Positions 27,690 through 41,124 of a DNA stretch of 64,000 nucleotides are shown piece by piece. The DNA is from Octopus vulgaris (lineage: Eukaryota): assembly GCA_951406725.2 (NCBI GenBank), contig OX597824.1, positions 71,858,001 to 71,922,000 on the forward strand, in the 5' to 3' direction. The position numbers were made by a program, and so were the translations under genes. The notes under the pieces are model-generated. The model made no database searches, was not told the origin of the DNA, and saw nothing but the letters and a program-made list of their open reading frames with translations. Position 1 is the first letter of the stretch. Every line of letters starts with the position of its first letter.

Positions 27690-27737
27690 ATTATATTGCC
27701 TTTGTATTTTCTTTTTCATTTTAAATTTATTTTCCAG

Positions 27738-27829
27738 GTCAACACTGGAATCCAGTTAACCGTTTTAGCTGCCTGTCTAGCAGCACCTGTCATGGGTTTT
27801 GTTGATCACATCTATCTCCAGGCTCTCTG
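27738..27829 (+). CDS. CRLS1: CRLS1 exon 6
   Basis: ttccag|VNTGIQLTVLAACLAAPVMGFVDHIYLQAL+tg|gtaagt. Confidence 0.95.
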
Positions 27830-27902
27830 GTAAGTATTTCCATTCTGCTGGATAATGGCTTTAATTTTGCTCATTCTTGTTATGATGTCATTTTTACTTG
27901 AT

Positions 27903-29700
27903 GTTGTGGCAATAGTACAACATTCTCTGGTGAGAATAGATGGGACTGCTACATATAAATAGTAGTGGCCTGATGTAGTCAGCAGTACATAGTTTGGTCT
28001 TCAACGTCTACGTACAGTTTATAGTTCAAGTTAGTGCATTTGGAAATACAATATATTTCATCGAAAAAAATTGGTTATGCAGACTTTCTATCCCCAAAAT
28101 ACAGAACCATTAGAATATACTGTGATAGCCACACTGCAGAAAATGAAATAAAAAATATCATGACTAATGTTAAACAAAGAACTGCCAGTGACTGTACAGA
28201 ATATAAGAATGAAATCTGTAGGTGATGAATATATTACAAAAATGAAAGAAGCTTTAAATAATAAGCAGAATAAAAATACAAATTTGAATAGTTTCTCAAT
28301 ATGTGACAATATTCTGATGTATGCACAAAGAGTAATACCAACTACATTACGAAAATGTATATTGCAGCAATTCCACAGCAGACACCTAGGAATGTTGAGG
28401 ATGAAAGCTTTGATGAGGAGCTATGTCTATTGGCTGACTATAGACTGGGATATTGAAAATTTAGCGAGAACTTGTTGTGGTTGCATGCTTGTGACCAAAG
28501 CCCCACCAGCAAAATATCAAGCGTGGCTGGAGACTGAGAATCCATGGTCTAGGTTACATATTGACTATGCTGGACCGGTGAACAGTGCTTGCTATCTAAT
28601 CGTGGTAGACAACTGTACAAAGTGGCCAGATGTCTGCAGGTGTAAGAAACCAACTGCTAAGACAACTATAAAGTCCCTATATGAATTGTTTGCATGATAT
28701 AGTGTTCCAGACATGTTAGTCTCTTATATTGGAATGTAATCCTTGGGGTATGAATTCAAGAACTTCTGTAAAATGTATGCGATAAAGCGTATTTTCACTC
28801 CACCCTACCACCCAAGGTCAAATGGTTAGGTAGAAAGATTCATGGATACATTCAAAAGAGTGTTAAGAAAAGCTAGGAATGAATTAAGTAACGACAAAGC
28901 ACTAACAAAGTTCTTAAGGGTGTATAGAATAAACCCCAATCCAAGTACAAAGTCAGGAAAATCACCCACAGAGTTGATGTCTGTGAGAAGAATAAAATCG
29001 ATTTCTGATAAGTTATTGCCAGAGAAAAGAAAGATGTAAAGGAAATGCAAAAGATGCACAAAATATTTCAAAGGAGGAGATAAAGTGCATTTTAAAACCT
29101 ACAGAAATGGTAAAGAAGGATGGGAAGATGGTCTTGTAACCGAAACAATAGGAAGTATGATGTATCAAATTAAACGATCATACTGGGAACATAAGAGACA
29201 TAAATCAGCTAAAGAAGAGACATACTGAAGAACAGAGAGAAATTCCTATGGAAGTATCTTTTGATGCATTCGATGTAATGCCAAAAGTAATGGAGTTCCA
29301 TAGAACCAGAATGAGAAAATGGAAGCAAACCAAACACCTTGAGATAAGGCCCAAGCAAAAAAGATACTAAAAAATAATAATAATAACTAAAATTTCTTTA
29401 TTCTTTCGGAACTCAAAATCAAGAATACGACACCCTCTTACAAGAATAGATAGGACCACTACATATAAATAGTAGGGGTCTGACGTAGTCAGCAGTTTGT
29501 AGTTTGGTCTACGAAGTCCAGGTAGAGTTTGAGTTAGTGTTGGGTATATTGATTGTTGGTTCATTGCATGTTTGCTACTGCTGCTGTTTCTGTTTTTGTA
29601 TTGTTATAACTCTGTCACAATGTATTCTTTATAGTATATATTATTCAAGACATTGTATATATTATATGATACAGTATATATAATATCAATTGTACTACAA
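27903..29700 (+). mobile_element. Gypsy-type LTR retrotransposon remnant (RNase H end + integrase, internally deleted)
   Basis: LEIQY..ADFLS; integrase Zn-binding H..HLG..MKALMRSYVYW..C..C; PWSRLHIDYAGP; TPPYHPRSNG*VERF. LTR-like direct repeat agaatagat..ctacatataaatagtag..gtagtcagcag..gttagtg at ~27932-28036 and ~29444-29539. Outer limits approximate. Confidence 0.85.
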
Positions 29701-29720
29701 TACTGGAGGTGTAAGGATAT

Positions 29721-30549
29721 GATATAGCACTTGACCAATTTCGGTTACTGATATGCGAAATTACTGTTCAGTCAACTGGAAAACTGATCATGTGACCTTG
29801 GGTTTAAACTTTCCTCCTCTTCTCTCACATTTATCTCATCCTCCTCTTTATCACTGCCACCACTACCATCACTACAATTTTAACTTTGCTATGCTTGCAT
29901 GGCTTAGACGAAATTTGATGAGGAAGATTTTCTGTGGCTGGATGCTCTTTCTGTAGCCAACACACTTCTGTTTCCAACTGCAGTAATATTTCCACTAGTG
30001 CTTCAAACACAAACTGCACAATAGTCAGGTATGCCTTCGTGGAAAATTGCACTGCTTGTATGATGGTGGTGTTTGTTTACAATTAGCATGCCCTCTCAAG
30101 ACACAGAGACGTGAACACACACACAGCTGGCTTCTTTCAGTTTCCCTCAATAAAATCCTCTCACAGGACTTTGGTCATCTTTGGGCTATAGTAGAAGACA
30201 CTTGTCCAAGGTTCTACACAGTGGTGCTGAACCTGAAACCATGTAGTTGTAAAGTAAATTTCCTAACCACATAACCATGCTTCTATCATTTCACTCTAAC
30301 AAAATTGCTGTAATGGTTTACAGAGCATCCAGCCACAGAAAATCTGCCTCATCAAATTTCGTCTGAGCCATGCCAGCATAGCAAAGTTAAAACTGTGGTG
30401 GTGGTAGTGGTGACAGTGATAAGGAGGAGGATGAGATAAATGTGAGAGAAGAGGAGGCAAGTTTGAGCCCAAGGCCATGTGATCAGTTTTCCGGTTGCCC
30501 GAACAGTAATTTCACATATCAGTAACCAAAATTTGTCAAGTGTTATATC
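29721..30549. repeat. ~228-bp inverted repeat in CRLS1 intron 6
   Basis: Arms 29721-29948 and 30322-30549, about 90% identical by manual comparison. Confidence 0.9.
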
Positions 30550-30700
30550 CTTATGAAAAAAACAGTTTTATATCTTTAATGATTTTCATATTGGGGCTTT
30601 TTCCCTTTGTTTGTTTTCATTTCTTGTGTGATATTTAGCTTATCTGTTTTTGATATAGTTTATCTTATTAGTTTTTTTTATTTATTTATTTTTTTGTCAG

Positions 30701-30812
30701 GTATCTCACTGCAACGACAACGGTTCTTTCTGGCTTTGGATATATTCTTGCCCGCAAGGATGTTGTGAAATTTCTAGATAAGGATTTATCATCAATGAAT
30801 TCAAAGAAATAA
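30701..30812 (+). CDS. CRLS1: CRLS1 exon 7 (terminal coding exon)
   Basis: Long T tract ..tgtcag|(W)YLTATTTVLSGFGYILARKDVVKFLDKDLSSMNSKK* ending in TAA at 30810-30812. Confidence 0.93.
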
Positions 30813-31009
30813 TTTCTTGTATAGATTATATAATATATTATATAATATGCAGATGTGTGTGTGTCTGTGTGTGTGTGTGTGTTATGCCATTCTGTACTCT
30901 GGAGTATATCCATTTGCATATGTCAGCAGCCAACACTATTTGTAATAGACAGAACAGACAGATACAAAAACCTTGTCTCTGTATACAATATATCCATGGA
31001 CAGAAACAC

Positions 31010-31066
<57 letters not shown>

Positions 31067-31225
31067 TAAACTTACTTGGAAATGGATGCGTGGCATTCCA
31101 TTATATAATAATATAAATAAAATAATATATATATATGCATATATATACATACATATATATATATATATGCATATATACATACATACGTATATATATATAT
31201 ATATGCATATATACATACATGTATA

Positions 31226-31263
<38 letters not shown>

Positions 31264-31265
<2 letters not shown>

Positions 31266-31483
31266 CATATATGGGTACAAGACGTCACAAAATGTAAACA
31301 ACATGAAATATGAAAAGAACATGAAATACTAAGACAAACTTTTGTTTGCTAACGAGAGAAGCAAATGGAAAACAAGACAAGTAACATAAAAAACAACCCT
31401 TCATCAGTTGTCGGTTGTCCATCTACTTTGTTTTCATATTTCATGTTGTTTACATTTTGTGACATCCTGTACCCAAATATGCA
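31264..31483. repeat. ~53-bp inverted repeat between (TA)n tracts
   Basis: gggtacaagacgtcacaaaatgtaaacaacatgaaatatgaaaa versus ttttcatatttcatgttgtttacattttgtgacatcctgtaccc. Confidence 0.85.
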
Positions 31484-34239
31484 TATATATACATATATAT
31501 GTATGTATGGAAGGACTATAGTTAAATTCTCGGTTCGATAATAATGCGAGTGAGGAGTCTAATGTGGGTTTTGTGTGAGCATGTATATGTTAAATAAAAT
31601 GAGACAACAAAACCAAGGCTGCGTGGAATTTATGCGACATTTATAAAGAGAAAGTTAGTCTTACAGCTGTTTCTGGGATATTAGTGATAATATCAGAGAC
31701 AATGTGGGAGAGTTGAATAGAGGGAAATAGAAGAGTTCAGTATAAGGAGTTATTCTGGAAAAAGGTGGAAATAAGAAGTATAAAGGGAAATAAGAGAATA
31801 AAAGTAAAAATAAAATTATATGTAGGATGCTATAGTTGCAGTTCCATTATCCAAAGAAAGTGGAGTGTAGAAATGGTAGAAATGCTTCCTGTTCATGGTA
31901 TGTAAATTCCAATAGGAGTTCATATTTTGTTATTACAAATGGAAAGTGTGGAGAAGTAGATTCCATGTGCTGTTCATTCAAAGGGGTCTTGTGGTGTGAA
32001 TGAAATATTGAGAATGTAGAAGTAGATAAAGAGAAGAGGATAGATGTGTATGTTAAAAATGGTCAAAAGGAATAGGTGAGGAAAGAAGTGAGAAAGAAAG
32101 AGGAAGAGAAAATGAAAAAAGGAGTGTTAGATGGTGGTCAAGATATAAGGAGATGGGAGGGATAGGAAGAGATAAGAATGTAAGGAAAGAATATGTGTGA
32201 GGAATAGGAGGTGGGGTGATATGTTTGAAAGGCACTAATGTGGAGGGATGGGTACAGGAAATGGTACAGGGAGAGTGAGCTTGCTATGAGGATGGGAAAA
32301 ATCCAACATTTCAGACAGTCCTTCTTCTGAGTTAGAAAAACTGACTGCAACTGATAAGGAATGCAAGACTATGGGATCTTAATGTGAACAGGAACTGCTA
32401 AGAGAGAGAAACTGGGTGAGAGAGTTAGAAGGAAAGAGGAATGGAGCGAGGAGGAAAAGTGGTTGAAGTCGAGAGTGAGGTGAAAGAAAAGTTGGGAAAT
32501 AAGAAAGGGTTTAATGAACTAAGAGGAGGTGTAAGAGTAGCAAAACTATTGGATTTTCCACAACACATGACAAGTTTACTTTACATTTTTTACCTATTTT
32601 ACTAAATAATACTTGTCTTGCTGATGCAGACCAACACAAGTCTCCCTGGAGTGTGCTCAAATTCACACACACACACACGCACACACACACACACATACAT
32701 ACATACATAGGGGGAAAATTTACGAAAAAAACAAAAGACAAAGACAAGTGGTGTAGAAAGCAAACAGATGTATTAGTATAACACTCAGGAATTGAAGTTT
32801 TTAACGTTTCGAGCCTACGCTCTTCCACAGAAAGGATCACAGAAAGAAACAGGGAGAGAAAAATATAGATATTTATGTATATCTATACGTACAAAAATAA
32901 AATAAAAATTTAAAACAAATTTTTTGTTTTTTAAATATCATGGTTGAGATTGCATTCCATTCTACCTAACTGAAAATGAGTACCAGTTGAATTCTGGTGT
33001 CAACCACTACCATCCTTTCTCTCTCTCTTCTTCTTCCTTCCTCTGTCCATCTGTCTGTCTTTTTCCCCTTCCTCTGTCTGTTTCTCTCTCTCTTCTTCCT
33101 TCCTCTGTCCATCTGTCTGTCTTTTTCCCCTTCCTCTGTCTGTTTCTCTCTCCCCGCTCATCTGTATGTCTATCTGTCTGTCTGTCTCCCCAGTTATCAC
33201 ATCCTCAGTGTTCCCCATGTTTTCATGGAAGATTGAAACGAAGAACACTACATGTATGATAGTAATACCCTTTTTGCAACTGTCATGTGATGTCAAGACA
33301 AGGGGACGCAGACACTTAAATATGTATGCATGCACACACATACACACATACACACACACTTTCAGTACCCATCTACCAAATCCATTCACAAGACTTTAGT
33401 CAGCCTAATTCAAAGGTCATGCTTCACCACCTCATCCCAGGTCTTCCTGGGTCTACCTCTTCCACAGTTGGGGTGTAGCACTTCACAGAGCTATCCTCAT
33501 CCATACGTAACATGACCATACCAGTGAAGTCGTCTCTCTTGCACACCACATTTGATGCTTTCTATGCCCCACTTTTCTCTCGGGGCACTCACTGTCATGT
33601 ATGTACACTTGCCCAAGATATCACTATGTGAAACTGACCCTGAATCCATGTGGTTGAAAGTGAACCACTTAAGAAGATAAGCATGCCTGCATCTATGCAA
33701 ATATGTGTGTAGGAGAAATAAAGATAAACATAAGTTTATGTCGTGTTTCTTATGTGCATTTCACCATTATGTTGTTTGGAGCCCTGCATTGCATGTTCCA
33801 AGTGCATTTAGATGCTCAACCACAACTAATCATCAGGAAACTATTACTTCATTAAGTAATAGATAACTATGTCTCATGTGTATGTAAAATGGGTAGGTAA
33901 AGATTGCCTTCAGTTATGAATGACAATAGGATTGCACCTAGAAAGTTCTCCTCCATAGCATAAGTTTGGGTTAGGTTGTTTTATGGAAGACCAGCAGTCG
34001 CCCATGCATACCAGCTTCCCCTCTCCACACCACCACTGTTATTCAAGGGAAAAGCAAAAGGCTGATACAGCTTGGCACCAATGACGTCACAACTCATTTC
34101 TACAGCCGAGTGAACTGGAGCAACGTGAAATGAAGTGCTTTGCCCAAGAATACAACATACAGCCCGATCCGAGAATTGAACTCACTAACTCATAATTGTG
34201 AGCTTGATGCTCTAACCACTGAGCTATATATATAAGGGA

Positions 34240-34595
34240 GCTCCTACCTCTGCTGGCAGGATGAAAGATAGACTGTATGATGCATGTGTGTGAACTGCTA
34301 TGCTACATGGCAGTGAAACATGGGCCATGACTGCTGAGGACATGCGTAGGCTTGAAAGAAATGAAGCTGGTATGCTCTGCTGGATGTGTAATGTCAGTGT
34401 GCATACATGACAGTGTGAGTGCCCTGAGAGAAAAGTGGGGCATAAGAAGCATCAAATGTGGTGTGCAAGAGAGATGACTGCGCTGGTATGGTCGTGTTAC
34501 ATATGGATGAGGACAGCTCTGTGAAATGCCACACCCTAACTGTGGAAGAGGTAGACCCAGAGAGACCTGGGATGAGGTGGAGAAGCATGACCTTT
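34240..34595 (+). mobile_element. RTE-like LINE 3' fragment (inverted partial copy at ~33420-33600)
   Basis: GRMKDRLYDACV*TAMLHGSETWAMTAEDMRRLERNEAGMLCWMCNVSVH. Confidence 0.75.
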
Positions 34596-34599
34596 GAAT

Positions 34600-35496
34600 T
34601 GGTCACAATTGTTCAGAGATGTGGATTTGTTGGCCAAGCTGATATCTTTGCCATCTTTAATGATCTCAACATCTCCATGCAGGGAACGATGGTTTTGTGT
34701 TTTACAATGACAGACAAGATCGACAGACAGAAACAAAAGCTGGAAGCATGGGAGAGTCGAGTGTCAAGAGATTGTTTTGACATGTTTCATCAATTAGCGA
34801 CAATCATCACTGATGCAGCCAAAAACTTTAATATTACATCTCTGCGAAATGTCATCAGAGAACACTTGACGAATCTGGCAGACCGGTTTCAGTTTTACTT
34901 TCCAGCAAAAAAAGATCCACGGAAAGGGAATGGATGGATCTGAAATCCGTTTATTCCACTGCAAGAGGACTTAAGTATTATTATGGGGGATGAATTGTTG
35001 GAGTTGGCTAGTGATGAAGGATTGGAGAGGAGTTTCAAAACTACAACAGCACTCAGTTTCTTTTGGATTAAAGTGAAAGCAGAATATCCTGAGCTTAGTG
35101 AAATTGTTCTGAAAACTCTTCTCCCATTTCCTTCAACATATCTCTGCAAGACTGGCTTCTCAACCATGAGTGTCATTAATACAAAGTACAGAAATAATAT
35201 AGATATTCATTCTCCATTGCGCGTGGCACTGTCTTCCATTGAACCACAACTGGATAAACTGACAAAGAAAAAGCAGGCTCACCTTTCACATTAGTAAAGA
35301 TTAAGATTATAAAATGCTTGTGTAATATTGTATTATTTGTTTACAAAATAAATGTAAGATAAAAAAATTGTCAACTTATATTATATTAATATATATATTT
35401 CCGGTATAAATTAATATTACTAAGAAATATTACCGATACCTGGCACATTGGTAAAAAAACTGCTGGTACGCTATATCAGATAGTTTGAGTAGCATT
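34600..35496 (+). mobile_element. hAT (Buster/Charlie/SPIN-type) transposase C-terminal remnant
   Basis: ADIFAIFNDLNISMQG..GWI*NPF..FWIKVKAEYPELSEIVLKTLLPFPSTYLCKTGFS..RVALSSIEP..KKQAHLSH* dimerization domain; 3' end tttgagtagcattg. Confidence 0.9.
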
Positions 35497-37422
35497 GTTT
35501 TAAGGTACACACTCCTATAGGAAATGTGACTTCATTGTCATTGTCGTCGTGGTATAAAATGTTTACGATAGTTGACTTATAAAAAAGATTATAATGTAAA
35601 ATTTTTCTAATGCAAATATGTAAATAAAAATAAAATTTATTGTCAAGCGAGGATGAGTGGACAAATACATACATACATGTATATGATGGGCTTCTTTCAG
35701 TTTGGTCGGCCCAGGGCTATAGTAGAAGATACTTGCCCAAAGTGCCACGCAGTAGGACTGAACCTGGAGCCATGTGGTTGGTAAGCAAGCTACTTACCAC
35801 ACGGGCACTCCTCCTGCACCTATATTTATTATATATATGGAAATCTGTGGGTATGTTTGTTTGTGGCATTGTTATCTAACTCCTACATCGTTTTATCGAT
35901 TTTGATGAAACTTGGACATGCGAGTGGAACTCGTGTCTGGAAAATTAGTGATATACTTAGATAGATGAAAAAAAAAAAATCGATAATAGGGCCCCTGGAA
36001 GGGATTCTTATATCTACTACATATAACTAATATATTATTTTTAAACATCCAAGGGAAATAACACATTCGCTACCGAAAGGGATCCGTATTTATATAGCCA
36101 AGGGAAATAACTCATTCATTTTCTTAAATCATTTGGTATAAATCAAATTGAGCATGCTTATTTCTTAGTATTTGAACTATTTGAGTTATTTTCGCAATTT
36201 ATCCAGTACCACGCTTAAACAAGTAAATAGTATCTTTCTAAACAATAGATCCACTTATTTCGGTTAGTGACTTATTCACGAATATACCAACACTAGCGTC
36301 GCTGAGGGTAATATTCTCTGCGAATAGACAAAAGCTTTTTTCAGAGTTATTTACTTTGAATCGTTATTATCTCATATCTGATTAGCCTGTTATTACGTAA
36401 CATGCTTCATAATTTTAGTATACATACCTTATTAGTATTTCTTCCTAAGTTCTATATACTCTAGGAACATATTAAAGCCCTTTTCGGGGCTACTTTTATT
36501 TGAATTCTTACTATCAGGTAATTAATTTCATGTTATTACATAACTGGCTTCACAATTTGGGTATTCATAACTTATTGGGAATTCCTAAAAACAAGATCCT
36601 GTGTAAGACACTCCGGTATTCTCAATAAATGCACAAAAACTGCTTTAAGGGATACATACTTTGTATTGTTGTAACTGGATTAGCGAAACAATTATGAGAA
36701 CGGAACCAAGGGATAAGCTCCGCTTTCCCGAGAACTACGGGGTACGTCAGCTAGTATATATATATATATATATATATATGACACACATATGCATGCATCC
36801 ATCCATCCATACAGACATGCATACATACAACCCTATCAGTTTGTGCGTGCTTGTTAGTGTATACCATCATATGCTTGAATGTGCGTTGAGTTATTTGTAT
36901 CTGTATTAAGATGTAACACACGCACCAAGACCAGCAGTCGGACTGGGACAAACCACCTGTCAAATCAGCCATGGAGAGTCAGTCAATGTTATTTGCTGTG
37001 ACCCTGTTTTCGTATGCTTGCCTCTCTCCCTCTACTGACATGACCCCTCCCACTACATACTTATACAACTGCGTCCACTTTACATACTCCTAACACGCAC
37101 TCATATACACACACATAGCTTTTCACTTTTTATATGGTTTTCTCTCTCATGCATATACATTTATATGTAACTTGTATTTTAACTGTGGGAATTGAAAACG
37201 ATGTCAGTGACCGAAGAATATACGCACATGAATAGACAACAACTTAATCTACATCTTTTTAATGGATATAAGTTACAGAAGTATTTAAAAGGAATTTTTA
37301 GGGATTGATTGCTCACTACATATCAGGTTGCTTATTCCTTTGCTTGTAGTGAATGCACGAATTTTTGTGGTTGAAATAATGCATCATCACATGCACAAAC
37401 TGCATGCAATGACACAAATATG

Positions 37423-37454
<32 letters not shown>

Positions 37455-37508
37455 CTCTCTCTCTCTCTCACTCACGAAAGCCAAGAAAACAAACTTGCGC
37501 TGGATCTC

Positions 37509-38016
37509 GTTAAAATTCTTTCAATCACAGAGTATTTTAAGTTGTCACCAGATTATTTTCAAAAGATGTAGTTTTGTATGCTGATTGATGAAAAGCACAT
37601 TTTTTTGTCTTTTCCAGAAATTAATAATAAAAAAGTTACAAGCATCGAAAGCTCTGTAATTTTAATCAATCGAAAACTTCCATTACTTTAAACCTCCCCC
37701 ACCCAACTATGTTATATAATTTGTTGTCATTTTTGTTTCTTAGACATTATGGTGTGCTTTAAGGAAGATTTGGCTGCTATTTCTATGCTGATCTCCATGA
37801 AAACAGTTGCGACTTCCGATATGTTGGTAATGAAGGTTTTCGATTGGCTAAAATCAGAGAACTTTAAATGCTTGTAACCTTTTTATTATTAATTTCTAAA
37901 AAAAAAAAAATGTATGTGATTTTTGCCATCCGCATGCAAAATTACTCCAGAACTAATTTTTTGAAAATAATCTGGTGAAAAATTGAAATATTTTAAGTAG
38001 TTGGAAGAAATTTAAC
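37509..38016. mobile_element. Fold-back/MITE with ~180-bp imperfect inverted arms
   Basis: Arms ~37509-37686 and ~37827-38016 (e.g. tcaccagattattttcaaaa / ttttgaaaataatctggtga). Confidence 0.75.
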
Positions 38017-38545
38017 AAAATTCCTAGCATTTTCCAAAATACAAATATACATCGTATGCAAATAAAATATAGACATAAAAATCCATACGCATGAGAGAGA
38101 CTGAATATTTGGTGACAAAACTAGCGGTGGTTTGAATTTTGTACACCTAATATGACTGACACGAGAGAAACAAACTGCATTGATTGCATGTGAAAGGAAA
38201 GCGCCAATATTATCATCATGTACCTATTTGTGGTGGGTCATTGTGTGTGTGTGTGTGCATTTGATTGTGAGAGCTCGTGTTGTATACGAAAACTGACTTC
38301 GTAGTATCTTACATTTTGCAATGAAAATATTCAAGGGATACCTACATAAGTGTGCTCTGCCCCCCCCCCCCCGACTTTGTTTTCTTATAACTTTCAGAAA
38401 GATGATAGCTGAAACTGAAATCTTCAAAATGGGTCTCTTCAGTTTGGTTCACAGATTTTTAAATTATTGTTTTTAAACAGTTTGAAACTTCGTATACTGA
38501 TGAAATTTCTCACGCTGAACACGGTTTACTTTCAACATTTTTGAC

Positions 38546-38987
38546 AAAATTTCGTATTTTAGAAGTTATTTCGAGTTAAAGTTGTCGTATTTGGGTAATT
38601 TTAACCAATCAACGACATATATGAAGAAACATACTGCTGTTTGTAGTAATCAAAGAGCTACAACTTCCGTGTAAAAAAAACCAACAAAGTGTGTAATATG
38701 CCACACAGGCAGTAAACAAACAAAAAAATAGAATGGTGAAAAATCACAGGCAGTAAGTAAAAATATCCACACTTAAACCAAAAAACCTACCCAAGCTAAA
38801 GAACACACCGAATAATCCACACGTGGTTGAAAGATACATTTAGTAGAGATGACCCGGAAGTTGTTGCTCTTCGATTGCTATTGCAAACAGCAGTAGGTTT
38901 CTTCAGCTGAACACACGTCGTTGATTGGTTGAAATTACCCAAATACGACAACTTTAACACGAAATAACTTCTAAAATACGAAATTTT
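38546..38987. mobile_element. Fold-back/MITE with ~125-bp inverted arms
   Basis: aaaatttcgtattttagaagttatttcgagttaaagttgtcgtatttgggtaattt..caacttccg versus cggaagttg..aaattacccaaatacgacaactttaacacgaaataacttctaaaatacgaaatttt. Confidence 0.8.
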
Positions 38988-39542
38988 GTACACTGAAGCG
39001 ATCCCGACAAATAGCTCTCGGTGTAGATTACGATTTTAACGGAATTTAATAGGGAGAAAAATGGTGGGCCCGTACACACACGCATGCACACACACACATA
39101 CACACAACACACACATTTAAAATGTAATTTGGAATTTTGCAAATATTTGTGAGTGTCAGCATGTATGTGTGCACTCTTACCAATTTTTTCGCATTAAATT
39201 CCGATGTTATTTTAACTTACACCATCTGAAAGGTATTTGTCGAAATTTTCATTATAATATATCCATTTGTCTGAAACTTGTGCGAAACCAAAGTCGATTC
39301 GTGTGAATTATTCGAAATTCCTCTACCCATTCTCCGAAAAAAACCCCCAAAAAACATTCACAACAAATTTTGTTATAGGTGCAGGAGTGGCTGTGTGGTA
39401 AGTAGCTTGCTTACTAACCACATGGCTCTGGGTTCAGTCCCACTGCGTGGAACCTTGGGCAAGTATCTTCTACTATAGCTTCGGGCCGACCAAAGCCTTG
39501 TGAGTGGATTTGGTAGACGGAAACTGAAAGAAGCCCATCGTG

Positions 39543-39585
<43 letters not shown>

Positions 39586-40607
39586 ATGTGTATATATTTG
39601 TGTGTCTGTGTTTGTCGCCCAACTATCGCTTGACAGCCGATGCTGGTGTGTTTGCGTCCCCCGTAACTTAGTGGTTCGGCAAAAGTGACCGATAGAATAA
39701 GTACTAGGCTTACAAAGAATAAGCCCTGGGGTCGATTTGCTCGACTAAAAGTGGTGCTCCAATATGGCCGCAGTCAAATAACTGAAACAAGTAAACGAGT
39801 AAAGAGTAAAGAGTATAATCGGATTCTATATCATCTAAAATGTATTTGAAGTTAATTTAATTTTTAAAAAATATCCATTTTTCAGAAAGTTATGCGGAAA
39901 CAAAATCGGTTGAGGACACGCTTGTATAGGTATGCCACGTTCGAATTAATAATGAAGTTGAATAAATAAAAATATATCAACCGTATTTTACGACTCGTGC
40001 TTTTATTATCAATTATTAACGATTACCTTTCACTCTCAATCAATGCAGTTTATATCCTTTTGTCTGCCATTACCGGCACTCCGTCGATTACGACGACGAG
40101 GGTTCCAGTTGATCCGATCAACTGAACAGCCTACTTGTGAAATTAACGTGCAAGTGACTGCAAAGGGAGATTAAGCGTGGCACAGAAGTGACGAGGTACA
40201 ATTCAGTTTTGCCAGCTGAGTGGACTGCAGCAATGTGAAATAAAAAGTCTTGCACAAAGACACAACGTGCCACCTGGAATCGAACTCGCTACCTTACGAT
40301 CATGAGTCGAATGCCCTAACAACTAAGATATGCTTAACCACTGCCCTATTATATGAATAAAGTCCAAACGATAACGTCGCCAAACCCATAAACATACAAT
40401 AAAAAGAAAACTTTTTACGCACCAAATTTATAGAAATTGTGCGAATACTGAAGACTATGATTTTTCTAGTTTAATGATTATCGAACATTTTACTAAAACC
40501 ATGATTATTTTCAAATAATAATAATAATAATAATTAGTCCTTTGTTTTGTCCCTTTATGTTTTAATTAATTTTTGTCATCCCTTGTGGCCAATAAACGAA
40601 TTAATTA

Positions 40608-40675
<68 letters not shown>

Positions 40676-40790
40676 GTTGTTGTTGTTGTTGTTGTTGTTG
40701 TTATTATTGAGAGAGTAGTGCATGCCATCAAAGTGACACTGGGGTAAAATATACGAAACTCAGTATACCCATAGTGACTACCCGTCTGAT

Positions 40791-41124
40791 GTGAGGGCGC
40801 GTGGCTTAGTGGTTAGGGCATTCGGCTCATGATCGTAAGGTTGTGAGTTCGATTCCCGGCGACGCGTTGTGTCCTTGAGCAAGACACTTTATTTCACGTT
40901 GCTCCAGTCCACTCAGCTGGCAAAAATGAGTTGTACTTGTATTTCAAAGGGTCAGCCTTGTCACTCTCTGTGTCACGCTGATTATCCCCGAGAACTACGT
41001 TAAGGGTACACGTGTCTGTGGAATGCTCAGCCATTTGCACGTTAATTTCACGAGCAAGCTGTTCCGTTGATCGTATCAGCTGGGACCCTCGTCGTCGTAA
41101 CCGGCGGAGTCTTTTTTTTTTTTC
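40791..41124 (+). mobile_element. tRNA-derived SINE (Meta/CORE-like body) nested in another repeat
   Basis: tRNA-like head gtggcttagtggttagggc..gagttcgattccc; TSD acccgtctgat at 40780-40790 and 41125-41135; inverted relative at ~40075-40340. Confidence 0.85.

Larger units (their letters stand above)
16733..30812 (+). other. CRLS1: Cardiolipin synthase (CMP-forming) gene, 7 coding exons, 391 aa
   Basis: Exons 16733-17281, 21365-21502, 22261-22390, 23782-23867, 25047-25115, 27738-27829 and 30701-30812 sum to 1176 nt (391 aa + stop). All introns are GT..AG with compatible phases 0,0,1,0,0,2. Contains TIPNLLT and the CDP-alcohol phosphotransferase motif [28 protein letters not shown]. Confidence 0.95.

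Noticed and set aside
30855-31332. [12 protein letters not shown] ORFs here and at 271-465, 2656-2985, 42436-42977, 51178-51519 and 53315-53582
   Set aside because: Translations of (TA)n/(CA)n microsatellites
33020-33150. ~61-bp direct duplication giving ORFs on both strands
   Set aside because: CT-rich slippage repeat with no coding signal
40793-40862. tRNA gene
   Set aside because: tRNA-like head runs directly into a SINE body flanked by a TSD; acceptor stem incomplete
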